NCBI GenBank assembly: GCA_026713825.1
Contig: JAPONS010000051.1
Span: 17,885 to 81,884 of the forward strand
Origin: Chloroflexota bacterium
GTDB lineage: Bacteria; Chloroflexota; Dehalococcoidia; Lucifugimonadales; UBA1127
Direction: 5' to 3'
Length of the DNA stretch: 64,000 nucleotides
How positions within the stretch are numbered: the stretch's first letter is position 1; each line of letters begins with the position of its first letter. Under the pieces are notes generated by a model that searched no databases, was not told the origin of the DNA, and saw only the letters and a program-made list of their open reading frames with translations. The position numbers and the translations under genes are program-made. Shown piece by piece: positions 26,491-34,631 of this stretch.

Positions 26491-27912
26491 CTACCACGAC
26501 GAGCTGATGCCGTTGCCGCCACGTGGCTTACCGTTGGACTTGCCGTTCTTGCGCACTGGGAAGATGTCGTCCCAGCTGCCGGCCTCCATGAACTCCACCC
26601 AACGGCGGAGCCGTGCGCGCTGGTTCTCCTCCGACGGCCCGCGGTCGCCGATGGTCACGCCGGGAATGCGCTCGTCCTGGTGGTTGTGGTGCAAACCGAG
26701 CTGGAAGTTGTACGGGAACCTCTGCGCGACCATACCAAGGCTGGCCGGGTGCGCGTAGTTCCAGTTCTCCATGTCGTCGGACTCGGTGATGCCGGCAGGG
26801 CCGCAGTAGCGCATCACGTAGCGGCGCTTGGCGTCCTTGACGTGCTTGGGGGCGTTCTTGTCGACCTGATATTGGCGCCAGCTCTCCGTCATGCCAACGC
26901 CGTGAGGGTGCCACATGAGAATGCGCCAGTCGGACATGGTGGCGTTTGGCCAGATGTGGAACTGGCCGTCGCTTTGCATGTGGAGGTATTCGTTAGCAAA
27001 GCGCTGCTGCTTGATCTCCCGCGTCTCGCGCCAGTAGTCGTCGACGCCGGGTTCGAGCAGCCACGTGTCGCGGTAGTCGGCGACGCCCGGCTGCTCGTAG
27101 ATTGCGAGCTGGCCGACGTGGCCGAGTTCCCGGCTCGACATGTAGCCGCGCTTGGACGGGAACGGCGCCGCCAACGGGTGCCGTCCGCCGCCTTCGACCT
27201 CGCCCTGCGGGCCGATGGCCGCGGCGTTGACCGAGAGGTGCGTCATGGCGGCGTGGGCGCTGTCGCCGGCAAAGCTGAAGGCGCCGAACTTCCAGTTCGA
27301 GGGGAGGCGCCAACGTTGCGCGGGCTTGTAGAGCTCGACGCCCGCGTCGGTGCCGTCGGATGCCTGGAAGGCCCAGCGAACCGTCCGCTGGAAGGGCCCG
27401 AGGTAGTCCTCGAAGGACGGGGCCTTGGGATCCCAGGTCGCCCAGATGGAGCCGTAGTAGTTGCACATCTGCGCAACTTCCGCCAGACCCCACTGACTCT
27501 TGTCCAACTCCTCAAAGTAGGCGTCCCGGTGGTGGGGCACGCCGACCAGCCGGCCGTCCGTGTCGTAAGTCCAGGCGTGGAAGGGGCAAGTGAAGACGAG
27601 GGCGTTGCCGTCGTCGTAGCGGCAGACCTTCATGCCGCGGTGGCGACAGGTGTTCAGAAAGACGTGGATCTTCCCCTTGCGGTCGCGAGTGAGGATCACT
27701 TCCTCCTCGCCCATTCGACCGAGGACGAAGTCGCCGGGGTTTTCCACCTGGCTCTCGTGGCCCACGAGGAGCCAGGCACGCCCGTAGATCTGCTCGAGTT
27801 CCTGGGCGTAGATGTCCTCGTTAACGTAAACCTCCCGGCTAATCACGCCGCTCTCGAGGTCCACAAGGTCCCGAAGGTTTCGGTCACCTCTACCCTTGAT
27901 ATACGTGACCAT
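26491..27912 (-). CDS. Aromatic-ring-hydroxylating dioxygenase alpha (large, Rieske) subunit
   Basis: CRHRGMKVCRYDDGNALVFTCPFHAWTYD Rieske motif. I set the start at ATG 27912, behind AAGGAGGA. Confidence 0.88.
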   Translation of the reverse strand: MVTYIKGRGDRNLRDLVDLESGVISREVYVNEDIYAQELEQIYGRAWLLVGHESQVENPGDFVLGRMGEEEVILTRDRKGKIHVFLNTCRHRGMKVCRYDDGNALVFTCPFHAWTYDTDGRLVGVPHHRDAYFEELDKSQWGLAEVAQMCNYYGSIWATWDPKAPSFEDYLGPFQRTVRWAFQASDGTDAGVELYKPAQRWRLPSNWKFGAFSFAGDSAHAAMTHLSVNAAAIGPQGEVEGGGRHPLAAPFPSKRGYMSSRELGHVGQLAIYEQPGVADYRDTWLLEPGVDDYWRETREIKQQRFANEYLHMQSDGQFHIWPNATMSDWRILMWHPHGVGMTESWRQYQVDKNAPKHVKDAKRRYVMRYCGPAGITESDDMENWNYAHPASLGMVAQRFPYNFQLGLHHNHQDERIPGVTIGDRGPSEENQRARLRRWVEFMEAGSWDDIFPVRKNGKSNGKPRGGNGISSSW

Positions 27913-28324
27913 GTCCTCGTCCTCCTTGCTCAATAGCCACACGCCACTAGTACGCGAGTCACTTCCCGCGTTGTTGCATAAACCTATGTTAACTGTGAAT
28001 GTTTGTCAATTCCCCTAGTGTCCGAATAGTCTCCATTCTGGAATGGGGCCAACACATCGCCTTCTTTGCCCATGCCGTCGCCAAGCTGCCCTGGCGCCTT
28101 CACCGTAGCGCGGGTCGGCGCATGGGCCCTGGCAACTCCCTGATGCAGTTCAGCAATTTGGGGCACGATGGCAGGGTAGTCGGCGGGTACAACGCAGCTT
28201 CTTCCTGAGCGATGCGCGTGGCGACTAGGAGCGGACGCGGCTTCTGAGTTTCCTTGAGGCCACGTCTACGGACAGTATATTGATGGCGCTGTAAGGCCTG
28301 AATCTGTGACTGTATGGTGTCCCG

Positions 28325-28996
28325 TTACGCGATCGTGATGCTACCGAAGGTGCATGAGCCGGTGACGGTGAGTGTTTCCGTGGACGCTGCAGGCTGTGCG
28401 CGCTTAAGCTCCACGCCGCCGAAGTTGCCGGAAGTCTGGATGTTGACCATCCAGTCGCTCGGCACAAAGATCTCGGCGCTGCCGAAAATCGCGTCTACTT
28501 GCAGAGTGGCTGCTCCATCGGCGAGGGAGGCGCCACGAAGGTCAATCGTGACGCTCCCAAAGTTTGCCGACACGCTTCCGCCCCTGAAGTTCTGGCTCGT
28601 CACCTGTTGTTCACTTCCGCCGAAGACAATGGACACATCCAGGATGTCCGCTGACGTCGCTTTGCGCGGTTGTTTTCCCCTTGTGCGCCAGTTAGCCCTC
28701 CCGCCAAAGATGACGAGAAGACCAGCGACCACCAGGAACACGGGCCAGAAGTCGCCAATGTCGAGGTCCAGGATGTCCAGGTTGTCGACGAGAAAAACCG
28801 CTCCCACGAACAGCAGGAGGCCGCCGACCCAGCGTGATGACGGTACATTCAAAACGCCCAAGCCAATCAGTATCACAGGCCACCAGTCGCCCCAAGCAAT
28901 GTTGTAGTCAGTGAGATTCTCCACCAGGAATCCGACTCCTACGGCGATCAGGAGGGCGCCGAAGAAGAGGCGATGCCAGAACCTTGAGCTACTCAT
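28325..28996 (-). CDS. LiaF/DUF2154-like membrane protein (cell-envelope stress-associated family)
   Basis: N-terminal transmembrane helices rich in W/G (WGDWWPVILIGLGVL). The C-terminal beta-rich repeats (FGSVTIDLRGA..., FGSAEIFVPSD..., FGSITIA) are typical of the LiaF C-domain. Confidence 0.6.
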   Translation of the reverse strand: MSSSRFWHRLFFGALLIAVGVGFLVENLTDYNIAWGDWWPVILIGLGVLNVPSSRWVGGLLLFVGAVFLVDNLDILDLDIGDFWPVFLVVAGLLVIFGGRANWRTRGKQPRKATSADILDVSIVFGGSEQQVTSQNFRGGSVSANFGSVTIDLRGASLADGAATLQVDAIFGSAEIFVPSDWMVNIQTSGNFGGVELKRAQPAASTETLTVTGSCTFGSITIA

Positions 28997-29076
28997 CACT
29001 TCCTGCTTCGTTCGCGCTCGCACGTGAGCACGACATCATGATTGATGGTTGGGCATTTAGCCGGGGCCTCTCCCGC

Positions 29077-30024
29077 TTACTGCTCGCAGTCGCGGAGCTC
29101 CAGCGCTCGCCACGCATCGAGTGGCTTCTGGCGGGGGAAGATCTCCGGGTGGATGATTTCCGCCATAACCTCAAGCCCGTCTACGACGCGGGGGCCGGGC
29201 CGGCTGAAGTATGCCGTCGCGTCGACGGCGTACACCTGCCCTCGGCGCACGGCCTTGAGGTCGCCCCAAGCCGCAGGAAACGGTGTCAGGCGGAACTCCG
29301 ACTCCAGTGCGTCAAGGTGGTAGCCGCACGGCATAACCACGATGATCTCCGGGTCAAACGTCACGATCTCGTCCCACGTGACCTCTCGCGACGGCTGCCC
29401 CGCGAGTACGATGCCGGCTGTCCCACCCGCGAGGCGAACCATCTCCGGCACCCAGTGTCCACCCGCGAATGGCGGGTCCATCCACTCCATCGTGAAGACG
29501 CGGGGCCGCTCTGCCGCCGCCCCGGCGCGCTCTTTCACCGCCGCAATGCGTGCCTTCAGTTCGGCTACGACTTGCTCAGCTTGCGACTCGGTGCCTGTGG
29601 CGCTGCCGACCTGCATGATGGTGTCGAGGATGGCCGCCAACGATGTCGGTTCCAACGAGAGAATGGTGTTGTCGCCGCAAAGGTGACGCACGGCGTCCTT
29701 CACCGTGTCGTAGGAGACGGCGCACACGTCGCACAACTCCTGCGTCAGGATGAGGTCTGGGTTGAGCTGCTCCAATAGAGGCTGATCGAGGGTGTAGATG
29801 CTGCTGCCGCTATGGACGTTCTCGGTCACATGGTTGTGTATGTCCTTATTTGACATGCTGGCCGGGTTGAAGCCGGCGCTGGTCACGGCGGGATGCCCCG
29901 ACGCGTCGAGGGGATAGTCGCACTCGTGCGTGACGGCAACGAGGCGGTCACCAAGGCCAAGGGCGTAGACAATCTCCGTGGCGCTCGGCAGGAGCGAGCA
30001 GATGCGCTGGGCGCTCTGGACCAT
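29077..30024 (-). CDS. BtuF/periplasmic-binding-protein type 2 family protein (cobalamin/iron-chelate binding fold), no signal peptide
   Basis: RICSLLPSATEIVYALGLGDRLVAVTHECDYP and DLILTQELCDVC are typical of this family. I set the start at ATG 30024, behind GAGGGAGGG. Confidence 0.65.
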   Translation of the reverse strand: MVQSAQRICSLLPSATEIVYALGLGDRLVAVTHECDYPLDASGHPAVTSAGFNPASMSNKDIHNHVTENVHSGSSIYTLDQPLLEQLNPDLILTQELCDVCAVSYDTVKDAVRHLCGDNTILSLEPTSLAAILDTIMQVGSATGTESQAEQVVAELKARIAAVKERAGAAAERPRVFTMEWMDPPFAGGHWVPEMVRLAGGTAGIVLAGQPSREVTWDEIVTFDPEIIVVMPCGYHLDALESEFRLTPFPAAWGDLKAVRRGQVYAVDATAYFSRPGPRVVDGLEVMAEIIHPEIFPRQKPLDAWRALELRDCEQ

Positions 30025-30105
30025 ATCGCCCTCCCTCTCGTACGCCGCCTCGGGGAGCGGCCCATCCCGAAGCCTTGGGGTCTGGAATGCGGTCAAGCTG
30101 GTTTG

Positions 30106-30134
30106 AATCTATCGGCGAGGGGTGTCAGTGTCAA
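30106..30134 (-). promoter_or_regulatory. Sigma70-type promoter candidate (minus strand) for the BtuF-like gene
   Basis: On the minus strand: TTGACA (30134-30129), 17-nt spacer, TAGATT (30111-30106). Confidence 0.5.
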
Positions 30135-30192
30135 GGTGAATGTCGTCGCACGGCGCAAGATTCGGCCACGTTTGCCGCAGCTACGACAAGGG

Positions 30193-30221
30193 TTGACACC
30201 CCCCAAACGCGTGCATATCCT
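30193..30221 (+). promoter_or_regulatory. Sigma70-type promoter candidate for the epimerase gene
   Basis: TTGACA (30193-30198), 17-nt spacer, TATCCT (30216-30221). Confidence 0.5.
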
Positions 30222-30293
30222 ACCGCCTACGCTGTACAGGTAGGGGCAACCTACGCCCCCCGCCTAGTGCGCCGCCAACACGAGGGGGTATGC

Positions 30294-31241
30294 ATGCTAC
30301 TCATCATCGGCGGGATGGGCTTCATCGGGATGCACACGGTCCGCCACGTGCTGGACGCTGGCGAGGACGTGGTCATCGGGGTCCACAGTTCCCGCCGCGA
30401 GCCTGATCTGTTTAGGGACGAGATCGGCAAGCGTGTTCACATCGCCTCTGTCGACGTCACAAACCCGCTGTCCATCGTGGAAGCCGTCAGCAAACACGGC
30501 GTCAACCGCATCGCGCATATGGTGGCGCCACGGCTGGGTTCCCTCTCGCCGGGCGACGAGTACCGCACGAACATGGGTGGACTCATCAGTGTGATGGAGA
30601 CCGCCCGCATTTGCGGCGTAGACCGGGTGCTCGTGGCCAGTTCGCAGTCCGTGTACTTGGGTCTGAAGCAGGGCCCCTTCTCTGAGGACGCGCCTCTACC
30701 CATTGCGACCGGCAACGCAACAGAGGCCTACAAGAAGAGTTTTGAGACCCTGGGCTCCCTTTACGCCAGCCAGACGGGCATCAGCGTGGTATATATGCGC
30801 ATCGGCAGTATCTACGGCCCCTTGTATTACAGCGGCTTCAACCTTCCCAGCCGCATGACCCGTGCTGCGGTGACGGGCAACCCCCCGGACTACGGCCGAG
30901 GCGGCGTCCCGTTTTCCGATGACCTCACCGACTGGACATATGTCAAGGATGTCTCCAAAGGCGTGCAGCTCCTGTCAATGGCCGACTCCCTGAGTCACAC
31001 CACTTACAACATTGGCAGCGGTCGCGGAACCTCCAACCAGGAAGTCGCTGAAGCGATCTCCTCTGCCGTGCCAGGCGTCAATTTCGAGCTTCAACCGGGC
31101 AAGAGTCCGACCTTCCGGCCAGACCCATTCATGGACATATCGCGCATCGGCGAGGAACTCGGCTACGCGCCGCAGTACACCATCGGGCCTGCCATTGCGG
31201 AGTACGCCGAGTGGATGCGGGCCACGCCGGACTGGCGGTAA
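30294..31241 (+). CDS. NAD-dependent epimerase/dehydratase family protein
   Basis: MLLIIGGMGFIGMH Rossmann motif and the extended-SDR pattern (YxxxK in EAYKKSF). I set the start at ATG 30294, behind GAGGGGG. Confidence 0.8.
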   Translation: MLLIIGGMGFIGMHTVRHVLDAGEDVVIGVHSSRREPDLFRDEIGKRVHIASVDVTNPLSIVEAVSKHGVNRIAHMVAPRLGSLSPGDEYRTNMGGLISVMETARICGVDRVLVASSQSVYLGLKQGPFSEDAPLPIATGNATEAYKKSFETLGSLYASQTGISVVYMRIGSIYGPLYYSGFNLPSRMTRAAVTGNPPDYGRGGVPFSDDLTDWTYVKDVSKGVQLLSMADSLSHTTYNIGSGRGTSNQEVAEAISSAVPGVNFELQPGKSPTFRPDPFMDISRIGEELGYAPQYTIGPAIAEYAEWMRATPDWR

Positions 31242-31398
31242 TCGTCGACAGCCCGCAGGCGGAAAGGGGGCGCTGACATAAGGTCGCGCATTGCGCGCAA
31301 GAGCCAATCGCGTCTCAGTAATTGACTGTTGTGGTACCATGTGCGCCAGTCCAAACTGATACATGGGGCAACCGGCGCCCAAACAAAGGAGGAGCACT

Positions 31399-32451
31399 AT
31401 GTTCAACGGCACGAAAGTCCTGGATGTCCATGGTCACGTATCCGGACCGCCCGGCACGGTAAGCTGGATCGACATGGGATTCGCTTCCGGCCATGTGGGC
31501 GAGAGCCCATTTCGCTCCGGCGGGAACAGGCCCGCCAACCTCAGCGACGAGCTGATGTACGAGCGGAACAAGTACCACGTGGACTTCATGGACGACCGCA
31601 ACATTGACGTGCAGGTCATCGGCCCCCGGCCCTTCCGTATGATGGGCTGGATGCCGCGCCACCTGCTCAAGCGATGGTGCGAATTCACCAACGACACCAT
31701 ACACCACCAGACACAGAACTTCCCCGATCGCTTCCTGTCCACCACCATGCTGCCGCAGATCGCGGAGGCGCCGGACCTCGGCAACTGCGTGGAGGAGTTC
31801 GAGTACAACATCCAGGAGCGCGGCTTCGCCGGCACGTACCTGAGCCCCGACCCCGACGGCCGCCATAACTCCCCCGGCATGAACGACACTAAGTACTGGG
31901 GCCCCGTCTACGAAATTTGCCAGAAGTACGACGTGCCCGTGTTCATCCACGGCACCAACTGCCTGGACGAGCGCATCGCGCACATCCCCGGCAACTACCA
32001 GGTCGGCTTCGTGGTAGAGACCTTCCTGGCCTCCCGCATCCTCGCCTATGACAGCAAAAACCTTTTTAGCCGGTTCCCCGGCCTGCGCATCTGCATCGCC
32101 CACGGCGGCGGCGCGCTTGACCGGTTCATCGACTCATCCCGGCACCGCGGTGACTGGGAAGGCGGCAACCTCTACTTTGACACCTGCCTGTACGACATCG
32201 ACTACTTGGCCCTGTCAATTCGGCAGTGGGGCCCTGCAGCCACGGCGTTCGGCACTGAGGCTCCCGGTTCCGGCGGCGCAGTCCGCCAGGCAGGCGACCA
32301 CAAGTCCGACGCCAACCTTGGCAGGACCTCCGACGACCTGTTGCCCATCTTCCAGTACTACATCGACCAGGGCATTCTGTCGGCAGAGGATGTTGTTGAC
32401 ATCATCCACAACAACCCGCTGAAGGTCTTCCCGCAGTTCGCCAAGGTGTAG
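31399..32451 (+). CDS. Amidohydrolase-2 family protein
   Basis: VLDVHGHV metal motif, later IAHGGG and FGTEAPG. ATG 31399 lies behind AAAGGAGGA. Confidence 0.8.
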   Translation: MFNGTKVLDVHGHVSGPPGTVSWIDMGFASGHVGESPFRSGGNRPANLSDELMYERNKYHVDFMDDRNIDVQVIGPRPFRMMGWMPRHLLKRWCEFTNDTIHHQTQNFPDRFLSTTMLPQIAEAPDLGNCVEEFEYNIQERGFAGTYLSPDPDGRHNSPGMNDTKYWGPVYEICQKYDVPVFIHGTNCLDERIAHIPGNYQVGFVVETFLASRILAYDSKNLFSRFPGLRICIAHGGGALDRFIDSSRHRGDWEGGNLYFDTCLYDIDYLALSIRQWGPAATAFGTEAPGSGGAVRQAGDHKSDANLGRTSDDLLPIFQYYIDQGILSAEDVVDIIHNNPLKVFPQFAKV

Positions 32452-32492
32452 TCCACCGAGAAGTCACGCTAGATTCAGACACGAATCTGGAC

Positions 32493-32532
32493 AAAAGGAG
32501 AGGGGACCGCTCACGCGGTCCCCTCTCCTTTT
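32493..32532. terminator. Bidirectional hairpin terminator between convergent genes
   Basis: Perfect 18-bp stem: AAAAGGAGAGGGGACCGC (32493-32510), loop TCAC, then GCGGTCCCCTCTCCTTTT (32515-32532). A/T runs flank it on both sides. Confidence 0.8.
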
Positions 32533-32562
32533 CCGCTAGCTAGAGCGCTTCGAATTCTGCTG

Positions 32563-32964
32563 CTATTCTCCGCCGTCGTGGCTGTGTCCGTGACCGTGAG
32601 AGTCTCCCTTGGAGTTTGAGCCCATATTGAGGTCCATTGCCTTTTCAACGGCCTCGCCGTGCTCTAAGCGTTGGACCATCTCATCCATGTGCTCGTTGGG
32701 CTCGTCCTGGAAAGTCTCCTGCATGCGCTTGAACATGTTGGCCATGGAATGGGGGTCCGTATAGTTGACGCCGTCGAGCAACTCCTTCTTGTTGAAGTTG
32801 CTGATGTCGAACGGAGTGCGAAGCACCCGGAAGCTGGAGAATATGCGAACAAGGTCCTCACTTCCGCAACGCTCACACGTGCCAGTCGCGTCCACCTTCA
32901 TAGACTTGAAGAAGATGGATACCCTGGCGTTGCAGCTCTTGCACCGGAACTCATATATGGGCAT
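32563..32964 (-). CDS. FmdB-family zinc-ribbon protein with acidic/His-rich tail
   Basis: MPIYEFRCKSCNARV...CERCGSEDLVRIFS is the CxxC...CxxC FmdB/CxxC_CxxC_SSSS pattern. The C-terminus is GDSHGHGHSHDGGE. Confidence 0.75.
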   Translation of the reverse strand: MPIYEFRCKSCNARVSIFFKSMKVDATGTCERCGSEDLVRIFSSFRVLRTPFDISNFNKKELLDGVNYTDPHSMANMFKRMQETFQDEPNEHMDEMVQRLEHGEAVEKAMDLNMGSNSKGDSHGHGHSHDGGE

Positions 32965-33065
32965 AGTTCGGCCAGTATAGTCGGGTGCGCCCATTGCGCC
33001 AACCCCTTATTGTACACTAGGGTCAGACAGCGACCGTTCCCCATTCGACATCCAGGAGGGTGGCC

Positions 33066-33290
33066 ATGGCCAAGGCGTTCATCATGGTCAACACGGAGCC
33101 CACAGAGACAAACCGCATTGCCGAGCGTTTGAAGGCCATTCGTGGCGCCGTGGTCTATGAAGTCTTCGGCCCATTCGACTTCATCGTGGACCTGGAGGCG
33201 GACACGCCCGAGGATCTCGCCGCAACGCTTCGCAACAGCATCCGCTCGCTTCGCGGCGTCAACACGACGCTGACCTGCTCGGTCATGTAG
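33066..33290 (+). CDS. Lrp/AsnC-type ligand-binding-domain small protein (no HTH domain)
   Basis: AFIMVNTEPTETNRIAERLKAIRGAVVYEVFGPFDFIVDLEA matches the stand-alone AsnC_trans_reg (RAM) domain pattern. ATG 33066 lies behind AGGAGGG. Confidence 0.65.
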   Translation: MAKAFIMVNTEPTETNRIAERLKAIRGAVVYEVFGPFDFIVDLEADTPEDLAATLRNSIRSLRGVNTTLTCSVM

Positions 33291-33308
33291 CCGGTCAAGC
33301 GCCAACCT

Positions 33309-34004
33309 ATGACGGCGATTTCTGAACACCGCGCCCTCATGGAGCGCGTTGCTGCGTGCCGGGCGTGCCCCCGACTGGTGGAGCACCGGGAGAGAGCGGG
33401 CGTCGAAAAGGTGCGCAGGTACCGTGAGTGGGACTACTGGGCGCGACCCGTCCCTGCCTTCGGGGCACCGGACGCCGAGCTGTGCATTGTGGGGCTGGCT
33501 CCCGCTGCCCATGGAGGCAATCGCACCGGGCGCATGTTCACCGGTGACCCGTCGGCCGACTTCCTCGCGGCGGCCCTCCACGCGGGCGGCTTCGCAAGCC
33601 AGCCAACCTCGCGGCACCGCGGCGACGGGCTGACCCTCATCAACGCCTACATCACCTCCGCGGTGAAATGCGCGCCTCCGGCCAACCAACCCAACGCCGA
33701 AGAGCAGGCACGGTGCCTGCCTTACCTCATTGAGGAGTTGCGGCTGATGCCCAACCTCAAGGCCGTCCTGGGCCTGGGCAAGCTCGGCTTCGACGCCTAC
33801 CTGCGGACGGCGCAGGCGATGGGGTTACCTCGGCCTCGCGGCGTCGTCTTCGGCCACGGCGTCCGGTACGACCTTGGCGACGGGTTTCCCACGTTGTTCG
33901 GCTCCTACCACCCCAGCCCGCACAATACCTACACCGGACGCCTCACGCACGATGGGCTTGTGGACGTGCTGAACGACATCCAGGCGTTTCTGCGGGGCGC
34001 GTAG
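33309..34004 (+). CDS. Uracil-DNA glycosylase superfamily, family 5 (UDGb)-like
   Basis: CRACPRLVEHRE (Fe-S Cys residues). The GLAPAAHGGNRTGRMFTGD motif is GLAPA rather than the GEAPG of family 4. C-terminal HPSPHN. Confidence 0.75.
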   Translation: MTAISEHRALMERVAACRACPRLVEHRERAGVEKVRRYREWDYWARPVPAFGAPDAELCIVGLAPAAHGGNRTGRMFTGDPSADFLAAALHAGGFASQPTSRHRGDGLTLINAYITSAVKCAPPANQPNAEEQARCLPYLIEELRLMPNLKAVLGLGKLGFDAYLRTAQAMGLPRPRGVVFGHGVRYDLGDGFPTLFGSYHPSPHNTYTGRLTHDGLVDVLNDIQAFLRGA

Positions 34005-34039
34005 GGCGCTCTCCCACTGTTCCAGGACCTCCCTTCTGG

Positions 34040-34560
34040 AATTTCACCCCGTATCGGGGTACGGGGGAAGCTCTTCGCGGAATGACGCGGCGGGGATGGC
34101 GCAGCTTTCGCGGCTGTTCACTCGGCTGGACGGGATCAAGGGCGTCATCAACGTGTCTCGCACCACGGCCGAGACTGCGGGTACCCGGGCTTAGCCGGCG
34201 ACCTTCCACGGCCGGCCTCATTCGATTCGATTCGAGTCGCTCCCAGTGAAGTTTTGCGGAATGAATCCCCTACGAAACTGCCCTCTACAGATACGACTCG
34301 ATTGAACACGCCCAGTGGGTGTCGAGCCTTGTCGAGCCGCCTACGAGTTACAAAAGACTGCGTTTTTGTGCAGTTTTGTGTCGCTCTTTCGGCACTCGGG
34401 GTGGTTGCGTGCCCGCTGTTCTCGTGGTGGATGCGCTTGGATGCGTATGTCATGGACTGAGGGTAGCGGGGGCGGCGGGTTTCGCGCGAGGGGTATGTGT
34501 CAGGGGGGCATCCTCGCCCCACTGGATTCCGGCTTTCGCCGGAATGAGGAGTCGCTGATA
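34040..34560. repeat. Block of REP/MITE-like GC-rich intergenic repeats
   Basis: Contains the palindromic unit GGATTCCGGCTTTCGCCGGAATGA and a related GCGGAATGACGCGG unit. The segment CATGGACTGAGGGTAGCGGGGGCGG recurs at about 62550. The motif CTACGAAA-N-CCCTCTA and the 12-mer CTACAGATACGA also recur at about 62440-62485, the 12-mer as its reverse complement. Confidence 0.6.
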
Positions 34561-34565
34561 GCAAC

Positions 34566-34600
34566 GCAGCAGCCCCGCCCGTGACGGGCGGGGCTGCTGC
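34566..34600 (-). terminator. Strong hairpin downstream of the HpaB-like gene
   Basis: 15-bp perfect stem GCAGCAGCCCCGCCC / GGGCGGGGCTGCTGC with loop GTGAC. It lies 32 nt after the stop at 34632. No U-tract follows. Confidence 0.55.
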
Positions 34601-34631
34601 GCTTCTGCGTGTGTCAAAGCCGAGGGAATTG

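Noticed and set aside
27943-28324. 60-80-aa ORFs (27984..28166 minus, 27999..28208 plus, 28225..28467 minus) in the gap upstream of the Rieske alpha gene
   Set aside because: They have no RBS, mutually overlapping frames and no recognisable motifs. The interval more likely holds the promoter and regulatory region of the minus-strand array: TTGACA, 17-nt spacer, TAGGTT can be read on the minus strand at about 27980-28010.
30025-30293. Possible cobalamin riboswitch upstream of the BtuF-like gene
   Set aside because: I read the minus strand for the conserved B12-box (GCCACTG-like) and the GGGAA...GGTG core and did not find them. The region is instead explained by two divergent promoter candidates.
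34148-34564. 138-aa and 68-89-aa ORFs inside the 34-kb intergenic block
   Set aside because: They are composed of translated REP-like repeat units (for example ...IPAFAGMRS, DSGFRRNEE) and overlap each other in several frames, so they are treated as repeat-derived pseudo-ORFs.
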